From: Elusimicrobiota bacterium
GTDB taxonomy: Bacteria > Elusimicrobiota > Elusimicrobia > UBA1565 > UBA9628
Direction of reading: 5' to 3'
Length of the DNA stretch: 64,000 nt
Assembly (NCBI GenBank): GCA_027371715.1
Contig: DAHXMM010000021.1
Location: 18,923 to 82,922 of the forward strand
Shown here piece after piece: positions 48,148 to 56,284 of the stretch. The notes under the pieces are model-generated. The model worked only from the letters and a program-made list of their open reading frames with translations, was not told the DNA's origin and did not search any database. The first letter of the stretch is position 1. Each line of letters starts with the position of its first letter. The translations under genes and the position numbers were made by a program.

Positions 48148-50643
48148 TCATCGCGCGGCGCGACCGGAGGGAGAATTTCCGCCCGCCACGAGGACATTGC
48201 CACCCTCTGGAAACGAAGGCGAGGCCGGAAGATCAAGACCGTGGTCGTTTTTAGCGTGGGAACGGATGATGGACTCGTGCGGAATAGTTCCGTCCTTGGC
48301 CATATCGGCAAGCATTGCGTGGGTCAAGGCGCTGACCGGATCGGCGGGTTGAGCATAGAGAGAAGTTAGAACGAAAATAAGAGCGGAGCGAAAAGCGCCT
48401 TCAGCTTCTCCCATCGCGGCCATGATGTCCTTTCGGCTCATCCACGCCGTTCCCATTTGGGTCTCCCCCTGATTATGGGGATCGGAATTTTTGGGATCAT
48501 AGACGGTTTTATTTTCGCCGGTCCGGATAATGGTCGGCATTCCAGGGAGAGGATTGAGAATAAAGCCATTTCCGATCACGGGGCTATTTCTCATGAACAT
48601 GGAAATCGTGTCTGCCGTCGCTTCATTGGAGCCGGAGCCCATCACAGGGTCAATCGGATGCTTGACAAAGCGATAGGCCGGAGCGTTGACTTCCTCGGAA
48701 GTCAAATTGAGCTGGGAAGCCCTTTGAACAAAACGATGCCCCAATTCATGGAGAGAAATGGAGGGTTGGGAGGTGTTTTCAAAAGTCAGAAGAATCGTCT
48801 TGATTTTCCCGTCTTTCCCGCGAATTTTTTCAGGAAGCGTAGCTTTTTTCATTAAATAGAACCCGTCGGTCATCGGATCATAGTCGGCGTTTCCTGGAAG
48901 ACTGGTCCCATTGGTGTGGATGGAACCGGCCAAAGGCGTATAGAATCTGGGATCGGACAAACCCAGATAGGACTTGAACCAATTAAAAAGCCGATAAGAA
49001 TAAACATAGGCGTTGACGCTGGCGGCTTGCTGTTCATCATCCCCCGTCGGATTTAAAGTGACGCGAACGGTTTCTCCAGGTTTAACGGTCAAATTCGCGA
49101 CAATCGGAGAATCCGAAGAATCATCATCAATGACCGGCCCATAAATTCCATCCAAGCGCACGGTAATCGCCAACGGCTTCCCCGCATTGACGGAAGCGGG
49201 AATGGTGAAATTTCCATTCTCATCGGTCACCGTAATGACACGGCCTTGGGAATCGAAAACCTTGGCATTGGGCAAAGCCATATCGCCGATAGGCCCATGG
49301 TCTTCCCCGTCTTCCGTCAACGTCGTCCCCCGCCCGACCGCCGTTCCGGAAATGGAGCCGCCGGAAGAGGCAACGCGATGGTCGAGAACTCCGTCTGAGC
49401 CCAAAGGAAACGCTTCCCCGGTCTTAACATCAACCAAGATCATCTCTTGTCCCCCGGTCAAAGAAGTTCCTTGATAGATATTGACCGCACGCCAGGAATT
49501 CGAGAAATAGACAATTTCGCGAGCCATCAGCGCCACCTGAGGAGCCCCGCTCAACAAACTCAAATGTCCCGGAGTTTTAGGACGAATGACGTTATCTGTT
49601 GAATTTCCCCCGTTTGGTTTTTCGGAAGACAGTTGTTTGCGAGCGATTTCTTCCAGCTGGGAATCGCTATAACCCGGCTTCATAATCGCCGGATCAATTT
49701 CAGGAGCAAAGCCGCCTTCAACGCCCATCATCACCGGCTTTCCGTTCAAGACCTTAATATGGAAGCGTAAATTGGCCTCATCCACCAGTAAATAATAAGG
49801 AGAGCCGTCCAAATCGGTCCCTTTTTGCCATTGTCTGAAAACCGCGATAATGCTGTCGGCTTGATCGGCTTGCCCTGACAATTTGACCACATGAACCGTG
49901 GACATCTGATCGCTCGGCTTTCCATACTGAGAAGATAGTCCGTATTTCGCGGGGTTTGAATCCACTTCCTGGCGCAAGGCTTGTTCGATAGAGGCCATAT
50001 CCGTTGGATCGGCATTGAGAACAACCGGTTTTTCTCCTTCCGGGGTGACCGAATTAACCGAAAGATGAAACTGTTTGAGCGCGACGAGGCCCTTTTTCGA
50101 GGGTTCAAGCAAAAACCGGCGTTCGGTAAAAGAAGTAGGGGCTTCGTTCTGCCAGGGCTTACGGCGAACGCCTAGAGAAAATTTGCCTGCAAAATTCTGA
50201 CCGTCAAAATTAATTTTTGCGCGCGAAGGCGTAGAAATTCCGCGCCCCAAGAATTTTTTTAGACGCTTAAAAACTTTTGAAAGCGGCCTCAGATGAGGCA
50301 GGTTATTTTTTTCTTCCTTTAAAGCGGAAGGCTTCGCAATATTTTTCTCCATTGAGTTTTTGGAAATTGCTTTCAAAACCTCCGCGGTTTTCTCTTGGGA
50401 AACCGACAATGATTCAAGCACGGATGCGGAAGTCAAATTGGCCGGCAACTCTTCTCCTGGACTTAAAAGATTGATGGAATTTTGAGCTGAAAAATCAAGC
50501 GGCGAAACCAAGGCAGGCGAAATATTTTCAGGAGTATTAGAGATTTCACTTCGAGCGCCAAAACCGGCGAAAGCGGGGCTTAGAGAAGAAAGAATTAAAG
50601 ACAAAGACAACGAAGAGCGCAAAAATATTTTTTGATTTTTCAT
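48148..50643 (-). CDS. Secreted zinc metallopeptidase (M4/M36-like), paralog 3
   Basis: Signal peptide; GNADY; HELGH; SNEATAD; PH..G. Confidence 0.75.
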   Translation of the reverse strand: MKNQKIFLRSSLSLSLILSSLSPAFAGFGARSEISNTPENISPALVSPLDFSAQNSINLLSPGEELPANLTSASVLESLSVSQEKTAEVLKAISKNSMEKNIAKPSALKEEKNNLPHLRPLSKVFKRLKKFLGRGISTPSRAKINFDGQNFAGKFSLGVRRKPWQNEAPTSFTERRFLLEPSKKGLVALKQFHLSVNSVTPEGEKPVVLNADPTDMASIEQALRQEVDSNPAKYGLSSQYGKPSDQMSTVHVVKLSGQADQADSIIAVFRQWQKGTDLDGSPYYLLVDEANLRFHIKVLNGKPVMMGVEGGFAPEIDPAIMKPGYSDSQLEEIARKQLSSEKPNGGNSTDNVIRPKTPGHLSLLSGAPQVALMAREIVYFSNSWRAVNIYQGTSLTGGQEMILVDVKTGEAFPLGSDGVLDHRVASSGGSISGTAVGRGTTLTEDGEDHGPIGDMALPNAKVFDSQGRVITVTDENGNFTIPASVNAGKPLAITVRLDGIYGPVIDDDSSDSPIVANLTVKPGETVRVTLNPTGDDEQQAASVNAYVYSYRLFNWFKSYLGLSDPRFYTPLAGSIHTNGTSLPGNADYDPMTDGFYLMKKATLPEKIRGKDGKIKTILLTFENTSQPSISLHELGHRFVQRASQLNLTSEEVNAPAYRFVKHPIDPVMGSGSNEATADTISMFMRNSPVIGNGFILNPLPGMPTIIRTGENKTVYDPKNSDPHNQGETQMGTAWMSRKDIMAAMGEAEGAFRSALIFVLTSLYAQPADPVSALTHAMLADMAKDGTIPHESIIRSHAKNDHGLDLPASPSFPEGGNVLVAGGNSPSGRAAR

Positions 50644-50676
50644 GTTCTTATTATGCCCATCTTAAAGCTGACGCGC

Positions 50677-50722
50677 ATGGGTCTAAAGTCCTAGGCCCTT
50701 TTCGGCAAAAGACCTATGCCTC
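50677..50722 (-). promoter_or_regulatory. Conserved 46-bp upstream motif, copy 2
   Basis: 37/46 identical to 48088-48133; 21 nt from -10 box CATAAT. Confidence 0.65.
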
Positions 50723-50880
50723 TTCCCAATAATCATACGGGCGGCACCCGGCGCAATATAATGCGCCGAGTGCCTGCGGAAAGGTTAGATTCACTGATGA
50801 TTTCTCTTACCGCGGGCATTGCCCCAACCCTATGGCTATCGAGGAAAGGAACCTGATTTTGTTTTCTTGATTTGTTTTAT

Positions 50881-50889
50881 TGTTATAAT
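50881..50889 (+). promoter_or_regulatory. Extended -10 promoter TGTTATAAT
   Basis: Consensus TGnTATAAT upstream of tRNA-Phe. Confidence 0.6.
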
Positions 50890-50904
50890 GGATGAGAACT
50901 CAAA

Positions 50905-51831
50905 ATGAAAATTTCAAGGCGAGGTAGCTCAGTGGTAGAGCACTGGTCTGAAAAACCAGGTGTCGACAGTTCGATCCTGTCCCTCGCCATTTTGTCTCTA
51001 GCGATTTTGACTCTTTCTTCCTGCGTTCCCCAGCCAGGCGCGCCCGGGGCTCCGGGCGCCCAAGCCAATTCCTCAAATTCTTCTCCAACGGCTTCGGTTC
51101 TCAGTTCCAGCCAAACGGCAAAAACCGATCCTCTTATTACCAGCACGCTGATTAATCTCTTCGACAATCTCAACCAAGAAACCGTTACTCTCAATAATAC
51201 CAGCGGAACCCCCCTAGGAGACATCATCAGCATCGGAACGCCAACGGGTTTTAGACTCAGAAATCACTATACGCATATCGGAATTCCCATCACCGAAGCG
51301 CTCTCGCTTAACACCAAAAATTCCCGAATTAGAAAAGAGCTCAAGACCATGGCCCGCTGGAGCACTAATTACGAAGTGCGTTCCGAAGCTCTAATCATTT
51401 TAGCCAACCGCCATAATCTCGCCGATGAACCGGTTTTTAAGGAAGCTCTTCTCTATTTTCATTCCGGAGTGCGCTTTGGAGCTCTCGAAGCGCTGGCGGT
51501 TTGGGGACATCCCCATCACGCTATTCCTCTAATAAAGAATGAGACCGACCCCAACACCGAAGGAATTCCGATTTTGAATGTTTACGCGGCGGGGCTTTTG
51601 GCAAGACTGGGAGATCCTTCGGGAGTTCCGATGCTTCGTTCCTTTGTGTCGAATCCGAGTTGGGTCGTTCGCGCCATGGCCGCGCAATATTTGGGAGATT
51701 ATGGAGACGCCAGCGACTACGACCGTTTGGTCAACCGAATTAATCAGGAACAACAATACAATTTCGTCGTAGCGGAAGACTGTATCGCGGCCATCAAACT
51801 TTTTCCTAAAAAACAGGCGGCAGGGCAATGA
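50905..51831 (+). CDS. HEAT-repeat lipoprotein; start uncertain (ATG 50905 reads through tRNA-Phe; alternative TTG 50992)
   Basis: Lipobox LSSC; repeats 'VR..A..AL'. Confidence 0.7.
   Translation: MKISRRGSSVVEHWSEKPGVDSSILSLAILSLAILTLSSCVPQPGAPGAPGAQANSSNSSPTASVLSSSQTAKTDPLITSTLINLFDNLNQETVTLNNTSGTPLGDIISIGTPTGFRLRNHYTHIGIPITEALSLNTKNSRIRKELKTMARWSTNYEVRSEALIILANRHNLADEPVFKEALLYFHSGVRFGALEALAVWGHPHHAIPLIKNETDPNTEGIPILNVYAAGLLARLGDPSGVPMLRSFVSNPSWVVRAMAAQYLGDYGDASDYDRLVNRINQEQQYNFVVAEDCIAAIKLFPKKQAAGQ
50918..50989 (+). tRNA. tRNA-Phe(GAA), CCA not encoded
   Basis: Acceptor GGCGAGG/CCTCGCC; anticodon arm CTGGT-CTGAAAA-ACCAG; GTTCGATC T-loop. Confidence 0.95.
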
Positions 51832-52685
51832 GAAAAATCATTTTCGTCTATTTTTTGTTCTTAGCGGGAAATTTGCGCGCTCAAACTCCTCCGCCCGCTT
51901 CGCCAACGGCCGCGGCCTCCTCGGCTCCCATTCTTGAACTTGAGCCCCTCATCATCACAGCCCCCCGGCTGAAGCTCCCCCCCAACGCCGTTTTAGACCC
52001 TCAGATTGACGCCAACCTTTTGCGCCTTCTTCAGCTTCCCAATATGAGGCCCAACTCGCAAGAACAGCTAGACCCCTCTTTGACCAATTTGGCGAATTTA
52101 ACGACCTTGGACGGATACAATCTCCAAACCCGCTACACCCAGTTGGGCTTTCTCTTAACCGAAGGACTCGCGGGAACCAAGAATCTCACGCTGCAAAATT
52201 CTCTTCAAACCATTGTTCAAACAGGAACTAACGTCCAAATCCAAGCCTTGGCTTTGGACGCCTTGGCCTACACTCACGATCCCCAATTTATCCCGCTTTT
52301 CCAATCCGCCCTTCAAAATACCGATGTAACGATTCGCTTTACGGCGATGGAAGCTCTTTATATCATGGCTGACGGAAAGCCCAACTCCAATATCAGCTCC
52401 ATCATTTATACCGCCGCGGAGATGGATTCCTCGCTGGCCGTCAAGCTCTACGCTTCTCATCTGGCCTGGGAATTAGGGAATGAATTCGGACGCGAAACGC
52501 TTCTTCACCACTATCAAGATACGGACTGGTTTACCCGCGCTTTTGCCACCCATTATTTAGGCGAAATGGGTAAAAATGATGTTTTTTCACTTCTTCAAAC
52601 ACAGCTTTACTCCGAAACCAATCCCTCCGTTCAAGCGGAATTGTGCGGGGCTCTCTTGAAGATGGAAAAATACAGTAAACCCTAA
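51828..52685 (+). CDS. Secreted HEAT-repeat protein
   Basis: Signal peptide; HEAT-like repeats; similar to upstream gene. Confidence 0.7.
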   Translation: MRKIIFVYFLFLAGNLRAQTPPPASPTAAASSAPILELEPLIITAPRLKLPPNAVLDPQIDANLLRLLQLPNMRPNSQEQLDPSLTNLANLTTLDGYNLQTRYTQLGFLLTEGLAGTKNLTLQNSLQTIVQTGTNVQIQALALDALAYTHDPQFIPLFQSALQNTDVTIRFTAMEALYIMADGKPNSNISSIIYTAAEMDSSLAVKLYASHLAWELGNEFGRETLLHHYQDTDWFTRAFATHYLGEMGKNDVFSLLQTQLYSETNPSVQAELCGALLKMEKYSKP

Positions 52686-52697
52686 GCCGTTACGCCC

Positions 52698-53288
52698 ATG
52701 CTTATAATTCTTAAGGCCCTGGCATTGAGCGGCGGCGACTGGGTCATCGGAATTCTCATTCTCTGCTCCATTATCGCAGTTGCCGTGATCATTGAGCGCG
52801 GATTATTTCTTAAAAAAGAAGAAGCCGTATTTCTGGGCTTACGCAAAGCGCTCCTTATTGACGCGGCAGAAAAAGTAAATCTCTCAGACTTTGGCGGGGC
52901 CGCAAGCCGCCTTTTGGCGGAAGAGATGACCGATCACGCAAGAAAAAAACCATTTAACAACGAGATTTTCGCGGCAAAAAGCTGGACGGAGAAAAATCTT
53001 CTTGAACAAAGACTTCTCATTTTAGGAACCTTGGGATCCAACGCTCCTTTTATCGGGCTCTTGGGAACGGTCCTGGGAGTCATCAAAGCCTTTCATGATT
53101 TATCTCAAAGCGGGGCCGGCCCCGAAGTCGTCATGAAGGGCCTCTCCGCGGCTCTAGTCACAACCGCCATTGGGCTTTTTGTCGCTATTCCCTGCGTCAT
53201 CGCTTATAACTATTTCCAAGACAAGGTTCAAAAGATTCTCTCCGGAACGGAATCTCTCATCGTCGTTTTGAGAGCTCGTTCCCAATAG
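52698..53288 (+). CDS. exbB: MotA/TolQ/ExbB proton channel protein
   Basis: APFIGLLGTVLG, ALVTTAIGL.VAIP. Confidence 0.88.
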   Translation: MLIILKALALSGGDWVIGILILCSIIAVAVIIERGLFLKKEEAVFLGLRKALLIDAAEKVNLSDFGGAASRLLAEEMTDHARKKPFNNEIFAAKSWTEKNLLEQRLLILGTLGSNAPFIGLLGTVLGVIKAFHDLSQSGAGPEVVMKGLSAALVTTAIGLFVAIPCVIAYNYFQDKVQKILSGTESLIVVLRARSQ

Positions 53289-53290
53289 CC

Positions 53291-53692
53291 ATGCAATCTC
53301 CCGGAAAAGCCTCGGGGCCCATGACGGCCATTAACATCACGCCGCTGGTGGACGTAGTCTTGGTGCTTCTCATTATCTTTATGGTCACCGCTCCCATGAT
53401 CGCGCACAGAACCATCAAGGTAGACCTTCCCAAAGCCGCCCATCACTCTCACACCTCCACCAAGGCCCTTGAAATCGCCCTGAACTCAAAAGAGCAAATT
53501 TACTTTTCCGGGAAACTCGTCTCTCAAAACGAACTTTCCGCGCTCTTGGCCCAGACCGTGACCGCCGACCCGGAGACGCGGGTGACTTTGGCTGCCGACA
53601 AAAGCGTGCCTTATGGGCCCGTCGTCGCGCTTTTAGATTTAGTTCGCGGTTCGGGAATCCACAAAATAGGGCTTGAAGTCAAAAGTTTGTGA
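53291..53692 (+). CDS. exbD: ExbD/TolR biopolymer transport protein
   Basis: INITPLVDVVLVLLIIFMV. Confidence 0.9.
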   Translation: MQSPGKASGPMTAINITPLVDVVLVLLIIFMVTAPMIAHRTIKVDLPKAAHHSHTSTKALEIALNSKEQIYFSGKLVSQNELSALLAQTVTADPETRVTLAADKSVPYGPVVALLDLVRGSGIHKIGLEVKSL

Positions 53693-54441
53693 GCCTCGTT
53701 CAAGAAAAAAAAATTTCTAAAAAACCGATTCTTTCCTGGCGGCAATGTCTTCTCATTTCCGCCGCCCTTCACGGACTTTTATTGGCCTGGGGTCTTCACC
53801 TCAACCGAATCCATCCAACCAACTCCCCTGTTGAAGTGGATTTGACCAGTCCCTTGATTGGGACCGGTCCTAAAAAGCTCGGAGCGCCTAAGCGCAAGAC
53901 TTCAAACGCTCCACCTGTTGTCCCTAAACCCGCGCCTAAAGCTCCACCCCCGCCCGTTCCTCCTCAAACCCCGAAGACCTGGACTCTTCCAAATAAACAA
54001 ACCCAAAAGACCGTTCCCCTGCCGCCTAAAAAAGAGCCCACCACTGGAGGGACCAAAACAGGAACCGGAACTTCGCCCTTGACCGGCGGTTCCGGAAAAG
54101 GCGCGAATTACGGATCTCCTCATGGAACAGGAAACGGAGGTTCCCCGGCTGGAATCATTCCCCCAAAACTTCTCAATCTCAATGAGGTGTTCAAAAATCT
54201 CCGCAAGTATTATCCCGAGGCTGAAAGACGCGCGGGGAAAGAAGCGATCGTGATGGTCGCCATTCATATTGGAATTGACGGAAGCGTCACGGGCGTAGAC
54301 ATCCTCACCCCCGCTGCCGCAGATTTTAACAAAGCGGCCCAAAAAGTCGCCTCGCTCATGAAGTTTTCTCCCGCCCGCAACGCCCAAGGCCCTGTGCCCG
54401 TTAAAATCGCTCAACAAATCATCTTCCGGCTTGAAAATTAA
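53689..54441 (+). CDS. tonB: Energy transducer TonB
   Basis: S...H TM motif; Pro-rich linker; YPEAERRAG.E..V; F.PA. Confidence 0.85.
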   Translation: MSLVQEKKISKKPILSWRQCLLISAALHGLLLAWGLHLNRIHPTNSPVEVDLTSPLIGTGPKKLGAPKRKTSNAPPVVPKPAPKAPPPPVPPQTPKTWTLPNKQTQKTVPLPPKKEPTTGGTKTGTGTSPLTGGSGKGANYGSPHGTGNGGSPAGIIPPKLLNLNEVFKNLRKYYPEAERRAGKEAIVMVAIHIGIDGSVTGVDILTPAAADFNKAAQKVASLMKFSPARNAQGPVPVKIAQQIIFRLEN

Positions 54442-54445
54442 GAGT

Positions 54446-54472
54446 CAAAAAAGGGGACTGTCCCCTTTTTTG
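54446..54472. terminator. Perfect palindrome CAAAAAAGGGGAC-T-GTCCCCTTTTTTG; bidirectional terminator/REP-like copy
   Basis: 13-bp arms with A/T tails just after tonB stop. Confidence 0.7.
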
Positions 54473-54486
54473 TAGAATAGAGTCGC

Positions 54487-54570
54487 GCGCGGGTGGCGGA
54501 ACTGGCAGACGCGCACGGCTCAGGACCGTGTGGCCGCAAGGCCTTGAGGGTTCAAATCCCTCCTCGCGCA
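54487..54570 (+). tRNA. tRNA-Leu(CAG), CCA not encoded
   Basis: Anticodon arm CACGG-CTCAGGA-CCGTG; long variable arm; GGTTCAAATCC. Confidence 0.95.
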
Positions 54571-54676
54571 AGTTTCAGGAAAGGATTTGAAGCCGACAGA
54601 CGCAAGCCAATGATTTGGCTTGCTGATGCGGCCGGTCGCGGCGGAGATTTAAGCACAGCGGAAATCGGGGGAGCGA

Positions 54677-54697
54677 AAATCCCTCCTCGCGCAAGTT
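54677..54697 (+). repeat. 21-bp duplication of tRNA-Leu 3' end (att-like)
   Basis: AAATCCCTCCTCGCGCAAGTT identical to 54554-54574. Confidence 0.85.
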
Positions 54698-54760
54698 CTG
54701 AAAGATGGGGACTGATATGAATGAGCCTGTCAACCCCGCGCGACTTTTTGGTCCATCCCT

Positions 54761-54971
54761 GGAGAGTTCTAAACCTGGAAGCAAAGCGGTTATCGACGGT
54801 GAATCAAACTGATATTCGCGGATCACTCGCCATAAGGCGAGCCTCGCATGATTGTGATTCGTCAGAGGCTTCCTCGATCTGTCGTCGTGCATCATGGATT
54901 TTCGCCCACTACACATAGTCCCCTCGAGGGTTCCCCGTTCCGTTGCCTTGCTTCCAAGTCTATAACTCTCC
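54761..54971 (-). ncRNA. Putative bridge/seek RNA of the IS110 element
   Basis: Long closing stem; internal segments match target (GGGGACT, GACAG) and donor junction (ATATCAG). Confidence 0.7.
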
Positions 54972-54987
54972 AAAGATCGTCGTTTTT

Positions 54988-56085
54988 TTAAACCGATGTT
55001 TTGGCGGCTTCTTGGCCAATGGCCCAGACAAAGCCTCCCAACTCCCGCGCAACCGCGATCACAGCCTTCTGAACTAATTTGCCTTTATGAGTCAGCCGCG
55101 CGAATTTCCGGCACAACCTATCTTGCGCCGCTCGCGCTATCGCCACGACCCTTTCCGGACACCCCTTCCGCCGTTCCGCCAACTCGCGACTCACCGTTCC
55201 GCCGTGTCGATAACTCCATGCCGCTTCCCCTAAAATACGGCGGATATGCGCGTTCCCCGTCTTGGTAATGCTGCCGCGCTTGACCACCGATCCGCTACTG
55301 AATTCCGAACAAACCAAGCCGCTGTAGCTCATGAATTCCCGCGCCTTATTAAACCGCCGGAAATCTTGAGCCTCAACCGCCAGCGTAACCGCGCTCAGCG
55401 TATCAATTCCCTTCAAACATCTCAAATACTTCACCACATCCGCATGCTCTTTCTCTTGCGCCATATCCGCCACTTGCCGATCCAAACACTCCAGACGCGC
55501 TTGCGTTTCCTCGCAGGCTCGAAAATTCGCCTCGAAGGTTTGCTGAAGATGCGGCCTTTCGAAACGCAGACTCCTCAGCCACGCAAGATGTTCCCCGCGC
55601 CACGATGTTCGCCCTTCATAAATCCTCCCTTGCCGAAGCAGAAATTTCAATATCCTATTGCGAACCCTCAACCGGTCTTCCATGACGTCTTCCCTCGCTC
55701 GAATGAGATCCCGCGCCGCTTCCTCCTCTTCATCAGGAACCCGAACCTCCGTCAACTCTCCGGCCCGGTACAACCGCGCCAAATTCTCCGCATCTCGACG
55801 GTCAGTCTTCACTCGATCCCCGGGACGCTTCGGAATTAATGAGGGAGCGATCACCACGCATTCGCGCTTCATCCCGCTTATTTGCCGGTAAACGTCATAC
55901 CCACAGGGACCTGCCTCATAGACAAATACTCCCCCGGACAAACGCCGAACCAATTTCCTCACGGACTCGGGGCGGTTTTCCATCCGCGCTATTTCTCCCG
56001 GCTTTTCCGACCCCCGCCTTAACACCGCCGCGACAATCGTTTCCTTATGCACGTCCATTCCTACTATTGTGTTACAATCTTTCAT
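54988..56085 (-). CDS. IS110 family transposase/recombinase
   Basis: GMDVHKE, YEAG, KTDRRDA (DEDD); YSGLV.SE.SSG, I.K.GN. Confidence 0.96.
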   Translation of the reverse strand: MKDCNTIVGMDVHKETIVAAVLRRGSEKPGEIARMENRPESVRKLVRRLSGGVFVYEAGPCGYDVYRQISGMKRECVVIAPSLIPKRPGDRVKTDRRDAENLARLYRAGELTEVRVPDEEEEAARDLIRAREDVMEDRLRVRNRILKFLLRQGRIYEGRTSWRGEHLAWLRSLRFERPHLQQTFEANFRACEETQARLECLDRQVADMAQEKEHADVVKYLRCLKGIDTLSAVTLAVEAQDFRRFNKAREFMSYSGLVCSEFSSGSVVKRGSITKTGNAHIRRILGEAAWSYRHGGTVSRELAERRKGCPERVVAIARAAQDRLCRKFARLTHKGKLVQKAVIAVARELGGFVWAIGQEAAKTSV

Positions 56086-56233
56086 GAGCCGACGCCTCCT
56101 TGTTATTTGCGGATAGGTTCCCTTTCAGGGAATAACCCGCGTATTCTAATAACTTTGCGAGGTTGTCGGCTCATTCATTCTATCTGTCCCTATCTCTGCT
56201 TAAGAAAGTAAAAATTCGGTAAAAAAAAGCCCT

Positions 56234-56267
56234 TGTCCTTGACAAAGGACATCCGTGGACTTACACT
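56234..56267 (+). promoter_or_regulatory. Sigma70 promoter TTGACA-N17-TACACT with overlapping inverted repeat
   Basis: TTGACA 56239-56244; TACACT 56262-56267; TGTCCTT-N4-AAGGACA. Confidence 0.65.
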
Positions 56268-56284
56268 ATTGACCGGAGGTTCTT

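Larger units (their letters stand above)
54712..56186 (-). mobile_element. IS110-family (IS1111-type) insertion sequence
   Basis: CTG core at both ends; subterminal IRs ATGAATGAGCC..CAACC.CGC; splits the palindrome GGGGACTGTCCC; long 3' non-coding end. Confidence 0.9.

Noticed and set aside
50670..50722. c-di-GMP-I riboswitch-like 'GCATGGGTCTAA'
   Set aside because: Antisense to the adjacent gene, lacks the GNRA-capped helix, and lies upstream of the -10 box
50776..50800. Hammerhead core words GAAA and CTGATGA
   Set aside because: Too close together to form the required stems
54493..54973. ORFs over tRNA-Leu and the IS non-coding end
   Set aside because: Better explained by the tRNA, the repeat and the bridge RNA; no protein features
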